NCBI GenBank assembly: GCA_903854215.1
Contig: CAINVT010000035.1
Coordinates: 1-62,908 of the forward strand
Direction: 5' to 3'
From: an uncultured bacterium
Lineage (GTDB): Bacteria > Patescibacteriota > Minisyncoccia > Phycocordibacterales > UBA2100
DNA: 62,908 nucleotides
The notes below the pieces were generated by a model. The model saw only the letters and a list, made by a program, of their open reading frames with translations, ran no database searches and was not told the DNA's origin. A program made the translations under genes and the position numbers. Positions 22,418 through 31,608 of this stretch are shown here, piece after piece (position 1 is the first letter of the stretch; each line of letters starts with the position of its first letter).

Positions 22418-23692
22418 ATGCTCGATATCAAATTCATTCGAGAGAATAAAGACATCATTATCGCCGGTGCCAAGAAGAAGCATGTCACGGTCGACATCGA
22501 TCAGTTGATTCTTGTCGACGAGAAACGTCGCGAGTTGCAAGCGAAAATCGATGAGATGCGCGCAGAGCAGAATAATGCATCCAACGCGATTGCGAATGCA
22601 AAGAGCGACGAGGAGCGACAGGTGGTGATCACACAGATGCAGACCTTGAAAGAGACGCTCAAGCTTGAAGAGGAATCATTGCAGTCGGTATTGAAAGAGT
22701 GGCGCGCTCTCATGGTGCAAGTTCCCAACGTTCCCGACATGTCCGTGCCCGACGGCGAGTCAGACGAGGACAATCTCGAATTGAAGACTTGGGGAGATAT
22801 TCCGGTGTTCGATTTCGAACCGAAGAATCATGTTGATCTCATGTTGCTCAACGACATGGCAGATTTCGAGCGTGGAACGAAGGTCGCCGGATTCCGTGGA
22901 TACTATCTCAAAAATGATGGTGCGCGCTTGCTCTGGGCGCTTGAACGGTTCGTTCAGGATCGCTTCATGAATCGCGAAGGTTTTACGCCGCTCATCGTGC
23001 CATCGATGCTGCGTCGCGAGCCGTTCATCGGCACCGGCTACCTGCCGCAGAGCGAGGAGGATCTGTATAAGACACAGGATGGTGACTACCTCGCCGGAAC
23101 GGCCGAAGTCGCATCAATGGGGTACTACATGGAAGAAATTATCGACAAGAAAGATCTGCCGATCAAATTCTTCTCATTCTCGCCCTGTTTCCGCCGCGAA
23201 GCGGGAAGTCACGGTAAGGACACCAAAGGCGTTTTCCGTATCCATGAATTCGTCAAATACGAGCAGGTCGTCTTATGCGAAGCGAATCACGAAGAATCCG
23301 TGAAGAACCATGAAGCATTGACCGCCAATTCTGAAGCGCTCTTGCAAGAATTGAAATTACCGTATCACGTCGTTATCAATTGTGGTGGCGATCTCGGCCT
23401 CGGTCAGGTGAAGAAATATGATATCGAAGCATGGATGCCGAGCGAGAAGAGATACCGAGAGACGCATTCATCGTCCTATTTTCATGATTTCCAGACACGT
23501 CGCCTCAACATCCGTTATCGCGATGATGATGGCACGCTCAAATTCGTTCACTCGCTGAATAACACTGCGCTCGCTATGCCCCGCATCCTCTGTCAGATCG
23601 TCGAGAACAACCAGCGCGCAGACGGTTCGATATCGATCCCTGATGTTTTACAGGGTTACATTGGAAAAGATGTCATCGAAAAACGTCATTGA
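22418..23692 (+). CDS. serS: Serine--tRNA ligase
   Basis: MLDIKFIREN, GTAEV, FRREAGSHG, YDIEAWMP, HSLNNT. Confidence 0.98.
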   Translation: MLDIKFIRENKDIIIAGAKKKHVTVDIDQLILVDEKRRELQAKIDEMRAEQNNASNAIANAKSDEERQVVITQMQTLKETLKLEEESLQSVLKEWRALMVQVPNVPDMSVPDGESDEDNLELKTWGDIPVFDFEPKNHVDLMLLNDMADFERGTKVAGFRGYYLKNDGARLLWALERFVQDRFMNREGFTPLIVPSMLRREPFIGTGYLPQSEEDLYKTQDGDYLAGTAEVASMGYYMEEIIDKKDLPIKFFSFSPCFRREAGSHGKDTKGVFRIHEFVKYEQVVLCEANHEESVKNHEALTANSEALLQELKLPYHVVINCGGDLGLGQVKKYDIEAWMPSEKRYRETHSSSYFHDFQTRRLNIRYRDDDGTLKFVHSLNNTALAMPRILCQIVENNQRADGSISIPDVLQGYIGKDVIEKRH

Positions 23693-24767
23693 CCTGCGCG
23701 GTGGGACAAAACGGCCAGCATCGCAGCCGAGCCTGGATCTACCCCGTCCGCGTGAACGACCCGGTAAACGCATCTCGCCGGTGCGCGTGCGCCGCCGTCG
23801 CACTCGGCTTATTGTCGGGCTCGTCGTGCTCGTCATCCTTATTGCTGCGGTATACGGTGTGAGTTGGGTATCATACTTGCCGCAATATTCAGTCCAAACG
23901 GTGACTGTCGAAGGAACGCAAGTAGTCCCATCGAAGCTTGTTCACGATTTCGTCGAGAGCCAGCTCTATCCAGGGACACACCCGTTCCTTTCGAAGGATA
24001 ATATTTTCCTGTATAACCCCCGCGCACTCGAACGTGAGATCGTCGGATTTTTCCCGCGCATCGCCGCGGCGACCGTATCGCGCGCATCGCCGTTCTCGAC
24101 AACTGTCACGGTAGCCGTGCAAGAACGTCAGCCGTTCGCACTCTGGTGTTCCGATACGACTGAGTCCGATTGTTATGAAATGGATAGTACCGGATTTATT
24201 TTTGCCGCGTCAAACGCGGTTAACGCGACAAACACTGCTGGTGCCCCAGGTATATCGGTTGCTTCAAGTACGACAGCCGCGTCAAACGCGGTTGGCTCGT
24301 CAGATATACCGGTTGCTTCAAGTACTCTAACCGCGTTTGACGCGGCGGCGACATCGACATCGACATCGGCAAATCTGATCGCGCAAACGCCGAAGCAATA
24401 TGTATTTCAAGGGGGGATCGGAACCTCGACTAATGCGAGCACGCCCCCAAACCCGATCGGTCAGACATTCGTCGGTGCGCATATGCCGGGGATCATTGCG
24501 TTGTTGCAGCGACTGAGCCTTTCACAATTTACTCCGCTCGGCGCGACGGTAGAAAATGCGCAGGACTTTTGGATTCCACTGACGCAGGGATTTTATATCA
24601 AAGCCTCGTTCGGAGAAGATCCGGAAAATATCGTGAGCGACCTGCAGCTCGTGCTTTCATCTGACGTACTCGCCGGCAAAGCGAATCAGCTTGAATATAT
24701 CGATCTCCGCTTCGGCGATCGTGTGTACTATAAGTTGCGCGGTGCGGCTGAAGTGCAAAAGCAATAA
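23670..24767 (+). CDS. ftsQ: FtsQ/DivIB-like cell division protein with low-complexity insertion
   Basis: Basic N-terminus, one TM, POTRA-like region, C-terminal LEYIDLRFGDRVYYK. Confidence 0.8.
   Translation: MSSKNVIDLRGGTKRPASQPSLDLPRPRERPGKRISPVRVRRRRTRLIVGLVVLVILIAAVYGVSWVSYLPQYSVQTVTVEGTQVVPSKLVHDFVESQLYPGTHPFLSKDNIFLYNPRALEREIVGFFPRIAAATVSRASPFSTTVTVAVQERQPFALWCSDTTESDCYEMDSTGFIFAASNAVNATNTAGAPGISVASSTTAASNAVGSSDIPVASSTLTAFDAAATSTSTSANLIAQTPKQYVFQGGIGTSTNASTPPNPIGQTFVGAHMPGIIALLQRLSLSQFTPLGATVENAQDFWIPLTQGFYIKASFGEDPENIVSDLQLVLSSDVLAGKANQLEYIDLRFGDRVYYKLRGAAEVQKQ
24204..24346. repeat. Three copies of palindromic GCCGCGTCAAACGCGGTT inside ftsQ
   Basis: 24204-24221, 24276-24293 and inverted 24329-24346; also direct repeat CGGTTGCTTCAAGTAC at 24256 and 24310. 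Confidence 0.85.
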
Positions 24768-24773
24768 ACGCAT

Positions 24774-25763
24774 ATGAAAAATTTCTGGGCGACCCTACCA
24801 AAGCCGTTCTTCGTGCTTGCACCTATGGAGGACGTGACCGACGCCGCATTTCGGCGTCTCATCGCGCGCTATGGCAAGCCTGATGTCATGTGGACAGAAT
24901 TCACCTCGGCCGACGGGCTTGTCTTGGCACCTGAGGAGGGTAAGGCGAAGCTGCTTAAGAAATTGCTTTTTTCTGAGACGGAGCGGCCAATCGTCGCGCA
25001 ACTCTTTTCGGCGAATCCCGAACGTATGGAAATTGCGGCGCGCATGGTCGCCGAACTCGGATTCGACGGCATTGATATCAACATGGGCTGCCCCGATCGT
25101 TCGATAGAGAAAAGTCTGTGTGGATCGGGAATGATCAAACATCCCGACCTCGCCAAAGCGGTCATCTGTGCCGCGAAGCGTGGAGCCGGAGATCTGCCGG
25201 TCTCGGTCAAGACGCGTATCGGGTATGCGAGCAATGAGATCTCGACGTGGATACCGAGCCTGCTCGAAGAGGGAATCGCAGCTTTGACGATCCATGCGCG
25301 CACGCGCAATGAAATGTCCGACGTCCCTGCGCGGTGGGAACATGTGAAAGAGGTCGTTGATATACGCAATGCAATGGACGTCGACACACTCATTATCGGC
25401 AATGGCGATCTTAAGAGTATCGAAGAGGCACGAGAGAAAATCACCGCGGCCGGTTGCGACGGCGCGATGCTCGGCCGTGCGATCTTCGGTAATCCGTGGC
25501 TATTTGCGGGGGCAAATAGTCCCGAGCGAAGTCGAGGGACTGTAATTCCAAATCCACAGGAACGCGTTACCGCTCTCAAAGAGCATATTGCGCTTTTTGA
25601 CGAACTCCTCGGCGGCACCGTTAATTTCGAATCGATGAAAAAACATTTCAAGGCCTATATCCATGGCTGGGATGATGCGAAAGAATTGCGCATACACCTC
25701 ATGGAGACGCATGACGCCGCGCACGCGCAGGAAGTTTTGTCGAATGCTATACTGCCGTCATGA
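24774..25763 (+). CDS. tRNA-dihydrouridine synthase
   Basis: LAPMEDVTD, DINMGCP, SVKTRIG, IHARTR, GNGD, GRAIFGNPW. Confidence 0.95.
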   Translation: MKNFWATLPKPFFVLAPMEDVTDAAFRRLIARYGKPDVMWTEFTSADGLVLAPEEGKAKLLKKLLFSETERPIVAQLFSANPERMEIAARMVAELGFDGIDINMGCPDRSIEKSLCGSGMIKHPDLAKAVICAAKRGAGDLPVSVKTRIGYASNEISTWIPSLLEEGIAALTIHARTRNEMSDVPARWEHVKEVVDIRNAMDVDTLIIGNGDLKSIEEAREKITAAGCDGAMLGRAIFGNPWLFAGANSPERSRGTVIPNPQERVTALKEHIALFDELLGGTVNFESMKKHFKAYIHGWDDAKELRIHLMETHDAAHAQEVLSNAILPS

Positions 25764-26818
25764 AAAAAGACGCACAAGTAAACGATAGCAGGCATGCGAC
25801 GCTCTATCGCACCTATCGACCTTCTACATTTGCCGAGGTGCGAGGCCAGGAACATATCGTCGGTACGCTCGAGAAGTCCATCAAGAACAACAAGATCGCG
25901 CATGCGTATCTCTTCTCTGGCGGTCGCGGGACAGGCAAGACGTCGGTGGCGCGCATTCTTGCTCATGAACTTGGCGTATCCGACAAAGATCTCTACGAGA
26001 TTGATGCGGCGAGTAATCGCGGTATTGATGATATCCGGGAACTGCGCGAAGGTGTCTACGCGATGCCGTTCTCCTCGCCGTACAAATTCTATATCATCGA
26101 CGAAGCGCACATGCTCACCAAAGAGGCATGGAACGCGTTGCTGAAAACGCTCGAAGAGCCGCCGAGTCATGCGATCTTCGTCCTCGCGACGACGGAGCGC
26201 GACAAAGTGCCCGATACGATCCAATCGCGCTGCGAGGTCTACACATTCAAGCAGCCAACGCGTGAACTCACCGCACAACTTGTCGGCGATGTTGCTAAGA
26301 GTGAAGGCTACGCGCTTGAAAGCGCGGGTGCCGAATTGATCGCACTTCTCGCCGAAGGATCATTCCGCGACGCGCTTTCCATTTTGCAAAAAGTGCTTTC
26401 GGTCGCCGATGACAAGAAGATCAGCATCGCCAATGTCGAATCAGTCTCAGGTGCGCCGCGCAGCGAACTCGTGCGGCAGATTGTCTCTGCGCTTGCGAAG
26501 CGGGATATGTCCAAAGCGCTCACTGCCGTCGAAATCGCCGTCGGGGAGAATATGGATGCGCGTACACTTACCAAGCTCTTGATCCATCGCCTGCGCGTTA
26601 TCCTACTCATACGCTTCGCACCGGATCTCGCCGAGCGTCTTGGCAACGAGCTTACCGAAGCTGATCGTGTACTCGCCAAAGAGATCTCAAAAGACCCCGG
26701 CATCACCTCTGAGACCGTGCGCATACTGCTCGAAGCGCACAGTCGCATGGCCTACGCCGCCGTCCCGCACCTTCCCCTCGAACTTGCCGTTGTCGACATC
26801 TGTAGCTCACCGAGTTAA
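25760..26818 (+). CDS. dnaX: DNA polymerase III subunit gamma/tau (short form)
   Basis: LYRTYRP, GGRGTGKTS, EIDAAS, IIDEAHML, LKTLEEPP, SRC. Confidence 0.96.
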   Translation: MKKDAQVNDSRHATLYRTYRPSTFAEVRGQEHIVGTLEKSIKNNKIAHAYLFSGGRGTGKTSVARILAHELGVSDKDLYEIDAASNRGIDDIRELREGVYAMPFSSPYKFYIIDEAHMLTKEAWNALLKTLEEPPSHAIFVLATTERDKVPDTIQSRCEVYTFKQPTRELTAQLVGDVAKSEGYALESAGAELIALLAEGSFRDALSILQKVLSVADDKKISIANVESVSGAPRSELVRQIVSALAKRDMSKALTAVEIAVGENMDARTLTKLLIHRLRVILLIRFAPDLAERLGNELTEADRVLAKEISKDPGITSETVRILLEAHSRMAYAAVPHLPLELAVVDICSSPS

Positions 26819-26914
26819 TTCTTGCCAGTCCATATAACCCCTGCTAGAGTCCTCGCAGGCAATCACACGATTGCGAAAAATGGCAGCGATCTGCCACATC
26901 ATGAAGGAGTACGG

Positions 26915-27778
26915 ATGATGCAAGAATACTTGGATGATCTTGGATCCGACGTCGTAGCTACGGGGAAGACCAAAGACCTCTTCAGCTCGAAGAGCGATTC
27001 CTATCTCTGTTACGGAAAAAGCAAAGACGTCGTGACCTGGGGCAATACGCACTCTCTCCCCATGTCCGGCAAGGGAGAATGGTCGACGCGGGTGAATCAC
27101 AACCTGATGACCGTTTTCCAAAGAAGCGGTCTTCCGGTCGCATACCGCGGGTTGGCGGATGAGCTGACCTTTAAGGCGGAATTGTGCGATATGTTCCCCT
27201 TTGAGGTCGCCGTCTACGGGATTATCGACGCCAAGAGCTCGTTCCATAAGCGGCACCCGAACATCCCGCCGGAGACCAAACTTCGGGAGCCGGTCGCTCA
27301 GTTCCATCTGAAGACCTCCGGCAAGGTCTATCATGGCAGGGCATTGCCATGTGATGACCCGCTCATGGTCATTGCCGATAACGAAGTACGGATTTACGCA
27401 TCGGACAAACCGATCGGGGAACAGGAACCGATCTTTATGGTTCCTCTCGAGGTTGCCCTGCAGATCTTTCCCGGATTCGAGTTCGTTTCCGAAATGACCT
27501 CGATCGCCAAACGCGTCTACGTGACGGCTTGGCTTGCTTACGCGCCGGTGGGCGGCAGGCTTTACGACGGCAAGTGGGAATTCGGAATGCCACGTCGTCC
27601 GGCGCTCAAAGGCAGACCGCTCATCGCCGACGTCTTCGACGCCGACTCGATGAGGCTTCTTGTCAACGGACAGCGGGCCGACAAGCAACCTATTCGCGAC
27701 GGTGGGCAAGCTGCCTATGAAGAACAGGTGGAAGCGTACAAGCTCGCAGTCAGAACAAGCGAACTACTGGCTACCTGA
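26915..27778 (+). CDS. purC: SAICAR synthetase-like protein (divergent)
   Basis: GKTKDL, DGKWEFG, LIADVFDADSMR, DKQ; GAAGGAG upstream. Confidence 0.7.
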   Translation: MMQEYLDDLGSDVVATGKTKDLFSSKSDSYLCYGKSKDVVTWGNTHSLPMSGKGEWSTRVNHNLMTVFQRSGLPVAYRGLADELTFKAELCDMFPFEVAVYGIIDAKSSFHKRHPNIPPETKLREPVAQFHLKTSGKVYHGRALPCDDPLMVIADNEVRIYASDKPIGEQEPIFMVPLEVALQIFPGFEFVSEMTSIAKRVYVTAWLAYAPVGGRLYDGKWEFGMPRRPALKGRPLIADVFDADSMRLLVNGQRADKQPIRDGGQAAYEEQVEAYKLAVRTSELLAT

Positions 27779-27919
27779 TGGTCGCCGATGCAATGAATTA
27801 TTGAGGCGCTTCGCGGACGCGAAGCGCCTTTCTCTTTTTAGCCCTTAGCAGGGAATGAATTTTCTGGTATCCTCTCTGTGTGCACGAAGTGTGAAGTAGG
27901 ATACATAGGTAGTAAATTT

Positions 27920-27993
27920 TGGGAGATCGTCTAATGGTAGGACAGGGGCCTTTGAAGCCCTTAATCATGGTTCGAGTCCATGTCTCCCAGCCA
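27920..27993 (+). tRNA. tRNA-Gln(TTG)
   Basis: TGGGAGA...TCTCCCA-G-CCA, anticodon arm GGGGC-CTTTGAA-GCCCT, GGTTCGAGTCC T-arm. Confidence 0.97.
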
Positions 27994-28255
27994 GCTTATG
28001 CTAAGTCAGGTGACTGAGGTGCGTCCATATTTTTCAACGTATTTTTGCCCCTGCGGTTCGAGTCCAAGGCGCATCACGGATTTGAGACTCGAACGACTCT
28101 AGGCAGACCGAGATGCGTTCGATTTCAAGTCCGCAGCTGGGAAGTGCAGCCGAAGTCTAGTTGCAGCGAAGGGGATAAGATAAGATGTATGCAGGTTATC
28201 AACCTTTGTCCCTCTTTGTTATACTTGTGTCCCAGATACGTGCTATTATGCTTGC

Positions 28256-29302
28256 ATGGAAATACGCAAAAAGAACATTTTAAACCTGATAAAATATCAT
28301 GCCGATAAGAATGAGAACGGCTTCAAGAATGAAGCTTATGACATAGCTAGATACTTTGACTCTATTGGAGACCTAGAGTTGGCTCAATATATTATGGCCT
28401 TGTTATCAGGCACCAACACCTTTGTCCCACAGGATAATGAATACAATTTCCCATTTTTCACAAAAGTAAATTTGACGAATGAAAGCACTCTGCCGCTTCC
28501 AACCCTGATAAAAAATGACATTGTTGGCGTTATAAATTCAATCGGTCACAAAGTTGGAGTTAACAAGTTTTTGTTTGAAGGTGATCCTGGAACAGGTAAA
28601 ACTGAAACCGCAAAGCAGATTGCGCGTATTCTTGATCGTGAACTGTATGTAATAGATTTTGACGCTCTTATTGATAGCAAGCTTGGACAGACTTCCAAAA
28701 ATCTGGCCTCAGTTTTTGAAGAGTTAGGGCATTTGCCACAACCTGAGAAGGTCATAATTTTATTTGACGAAATAGATGCAATTGCTCTTGATAGAATAAA
28801 TTCAAACGATTTGCGTGAAATGGGCCGTGTGACCTCGTCAATGCTAAAGGGACTTGATGGACTCAGTGATAACGTCGTCCTCATTGCTACTACTAATCTC
28901 TTTAGACAGTTTGATAAGGCATTACTTAGGCGCTTCGACTCAATTGTGAACTTCAGTCGATACAGCAGGGACGAGTTGATTGAGGTGGCGGAGTCCATAT
29001 TAAATAACTTCCTGCCTAAGTTTAAGTTTGCCGGACGTAACATGAGGCTTTTTAGAAAGATACTCTTAACGGCGGATCACATTCCTTATCCTGGTGATCT
29101 TAAAAATCTAATTAAAACATCACTTGCATTCAGTGATCCAAACAGCGAGTACGATTATCTAAAAAAACTATATGAATCGATAGATGCAAAAAATGACACC
29201 GCAGATCTAAAGACTTTACAAAACAAGGGATTTACGGTGAGGGATATAGAGGTATTAACGGGTGTTTCCAAAAGTCAGGTCTCAAGGGAATTGAGTGCAT
29301 AA
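28256..29302 (+). CDS. AAA+ ATPase, IetA-like
   Basis: GDPGTGKT, ILFDEID, ATTN, LLRRF; directly upstream of S8 peptidase. Confidence 0.88.
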   Translation: MEIRKKNILNLIKYHADKNENGFKNEAYDIARYFDSIGDLELAQYIMALLSGTNTFVPQDNEYNFPFFTKVNLTNESTLPLPTLIKNDIVGVINSIGHKVGVNKFLFEGDPGTGKTETAKQIARILDRELYVIDFDALIDSKLGQTSKNLASVFEELGHLPQPEKVIILFDEIDAIALDRINSNDLREMGRVTSSMLKGLDGLSDNVVLIATTNLFRQFDKALLRRFDSIVNFSRYSRDELIEVAESILNNFLPKFKFAGRNMRLFRKILLTADHIPYPGDLKNLIKTSLAFSDPNSEYDYLKKLYESIDAKNDTADLKTLQNKGFTVRDIEVLTGVSKSQVSRELSA

Positions 29303-29306
29303 AGTC

Positions 29307-31547
29307 ATGAACGATATTCTTCAGCTAAAAGGCACTCTTCGAGAACGTGCGCATACCAACCCGCCAGGTCCTCGAAATGTGCCTAAAAATGCTGCCGCGA
29401 TTACATCAAACAAACTCAAGTCCTTAGCCGAGGAACTTCAGAGACTCGCCACGTATTGGGCAGGACAAACTCTTATTGAAGGATGTTTGATTGATGTTTA
29501 TTACATCGATGTCATAGCCAAGAGTAACAGAATACAGGGTTTCTTTTCTGACAGTGGATCTACAAATGGTTCCGTTGTTGGCGCGAGGTTTGTTAATGAG
29601 AAAAAAATAAAACATGTTATTACACACTATGTCAGAATCGATACCGTTAAGGATGCGGTCGGAAAGCTTAACGCATGCGTCAGTCTACTAGACGAAGAGT
29701 TTGGCGGAGCAATAACTTACGATTCAATTGAGAATCTGGGAGCTAGAAATATAAAGTTCGAGAAATATGGTATTGCTAAGACAACCTTCCAAAATATTAT
29801 TGTCGACTCTCACTATATAGAAGGCTTTAAAATCCCGGATAACAGTGCGAACACCAAGAGTCAGTCCATAATTACCGTATATAGAACGAGCACAAACCTG
29901 ACGGAATTGATGAAGGCTATCGGAATAAATGTTCAGCCAGGCAATGTGTTAAGTGATACCACGCTGCTGCTGTATCCAAATCAAATCACACTCTTATCAG
30001 AAAAAGCACCTTATCTGATAGCGATGGCAACTGAGGATTTGTCCAAATTAAGTCATGAAGATGTTGTTGGTAATGCCGGGAGTCCACCCAAAATAACAAT
30101 AGATTCTCCAAATGGCGAGCCAATCGTGGGCGTTATCGATACGTTATTTGATAAATCAGTTTATTTCTCCAAGTGGGTTGATTACAGAAAGATGATCAGT
30201 GAGGAAATACCCACGGACGCAGAAGACTACGATCATGGAACTGCGGTAAGCTCAATTATCGTTGATGGCCCGTCTATTAACCCGGAGCTAGACGATGGGT
30301 GCGGAAGGTTTAGGGTAAGACATTTTGGTGTTGCTGCCAAAGGGCGATACAGCGCATTCTCGATTGTGAAGGCAATAAGAGAAATTGTTACATCAAATCC
30401 AGACATAAAAGTGTGGAATTTATCTTTAGGTTCAGATAGGGAAATTAACCCTAATTTTATCTCGCCAGAGGCGGCGGCCTTGGATAAAATCCAGTACGAA
30501 AATGACGTCATTTTCGTAATAGCAGGCACAAATAAGAGTGTGGCTGAAGCTGGGGTTGAGAAAATGATTGGTTCTCCAGCCGATTCGATCAATGCTATTG
30601 TTGTTAACTCCGTAAACGGCGCAGGAACCCCAGCGTCTTACTCTAGAAAAGGATTAGTCTTGTCGTTCTTCAATAAACCAGACGTTAGTAGCTATGGTGG
30701 CGACACAGGTAACTATATTCGTGTATGCACTCCAACAGGCGAAGGGTTTCGCAGTGGCACTTCAGTCGCCGCACCGTGGGTTACTCGAAAAGTTGCATAT
30801 CTGATAGAAGTACTTGGTCTTAGTCGTGAAGTCGCAAAGGCGCTGATCGTAGATGCTGCCGCTGGATGGAACAGTGCAGGAAAAGACGAAAAAATCGCAC
30901 CCTTTGTAGGTCATGGAGTGGTTCCTAAAAGGATTGAGGATATAGTAAGGTCCGGCGACGATGAAATAAAATTCGTGGTGAGCGGAGTATCAGAGAAATG
31001 GGATACATATACGTACAATCTTCCGATTCCGACACATAAAGAAAAACATCCCTTCGTTGCAAAAGCCACACTGTGCTATTTTCCTAGTTGCTCAATCAAT
31101 CAAGGTGTCGATTATACGAACACAGAGTTAGATATATATTTTGGCCGAGTTAAAGATGATGAAATTATATCCATCAATAAGAATACCCAGAGTGTTGATG
31201 ACGGTGAGAAACATTATCTATACGAGGGGAGCGCTAGGAAATTGTATCGAAAGTGGGACAATACAAAGCACATAGAAGAACTCCTCACGGGTAGAGTTCG
31301 TCCGCGAAGTGTTTACGGGAGTGGTATGTGGGGCTTAAGCATTAAAGCAAAAGAGAGGTTGAGCAAACGTAGCGGCGGTATTAGTTTTGGCCTCGTAGTA
31401 ACTTTGAAAGAAATCAATGGGGTTAACAGGATTGATGACTTTATCCGCCAATGTGAGCTGCGTGGTTGGTTGGTGAATCGGGTCGATGTTGACAATAGGG
31501 TCGAAATTTTCAACAAAGCTCAGCAAAGTATTACATTCAGCGTGTAA
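29307..31547 (+). CDS. S8 (subtilase) serine peptidase, IetS-like
   Basis: Triad motifs GVIDT, DHGTAV, GTSVAAP; no signal peptide. Confidence 0.88.
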   Translation: MNDILQLKGTLRERAHTNPPGPRNVPKNAAAITSNKLKSLAEELQRLATYWAGQTLIEGCLIDVYYIDVIAKSNRIQGFFSDSGSTNGSVVGARFVNEKKIKHVITHYVRIDTVKDAVGKLNACVSLLDEEFGGAITYDSIENLGARNIKFEKYGIAKTTFQNIIVDSHYIEGFKIPDNSANTKSQSIITVYRTSTNLTELMKAIGINVQPGNVLSDTTLLLYPNQITLLSEKAPYLIAMATEDLSKLSHEDVVGNAGSPPKITIDSPNGEPIVGVIDTLFDKSVYFSKWVDYRKMISEEIPTDAEDYDHGTAVSSIIVDGPSINPELDDGCGRFRVRHFGVAAKGRYSAFSIVKAIREIVTSNPDIKVWNLSLGSDREINPNFISPEAAALDKIQYENDVIFVIAGTNKSVAEAGVEKMIGSPADSINAIVVNSVNGAGTPASYSRKGLVLSFFNKPDVSSYGGDTGNYIRVCTPTGEGFRSGTSVAAPWVTRKVAYLIEVLGLSREVAKALIVDAAAGWNSAGKDEKIAPFVGHGVVPKRIEDIVRSGDDEIKFVVSGVSEKWDTYTYNLPIPTHKEKHPFVAKATLCYFPSCSINQGVDYTNTELDIYFGRVKDDEIISINKNTQSVDDGEKHYLYEGSARKLYRKWDNTKHIEELLTGRVRPRSVYGSGMWGLSIKAKERLSKRSGGISFGLVVTLKEINGVNRIDDFIRQCELRGWLVNRVDVDNRVEIFNKAQQSITFSV

Positions 31548-31608
31548 ATCATCTAAGTCGATCGTAGAATGGTTTGCTTCTAACCTTTCCGTAAGCCATC
31601 TTTGAACT

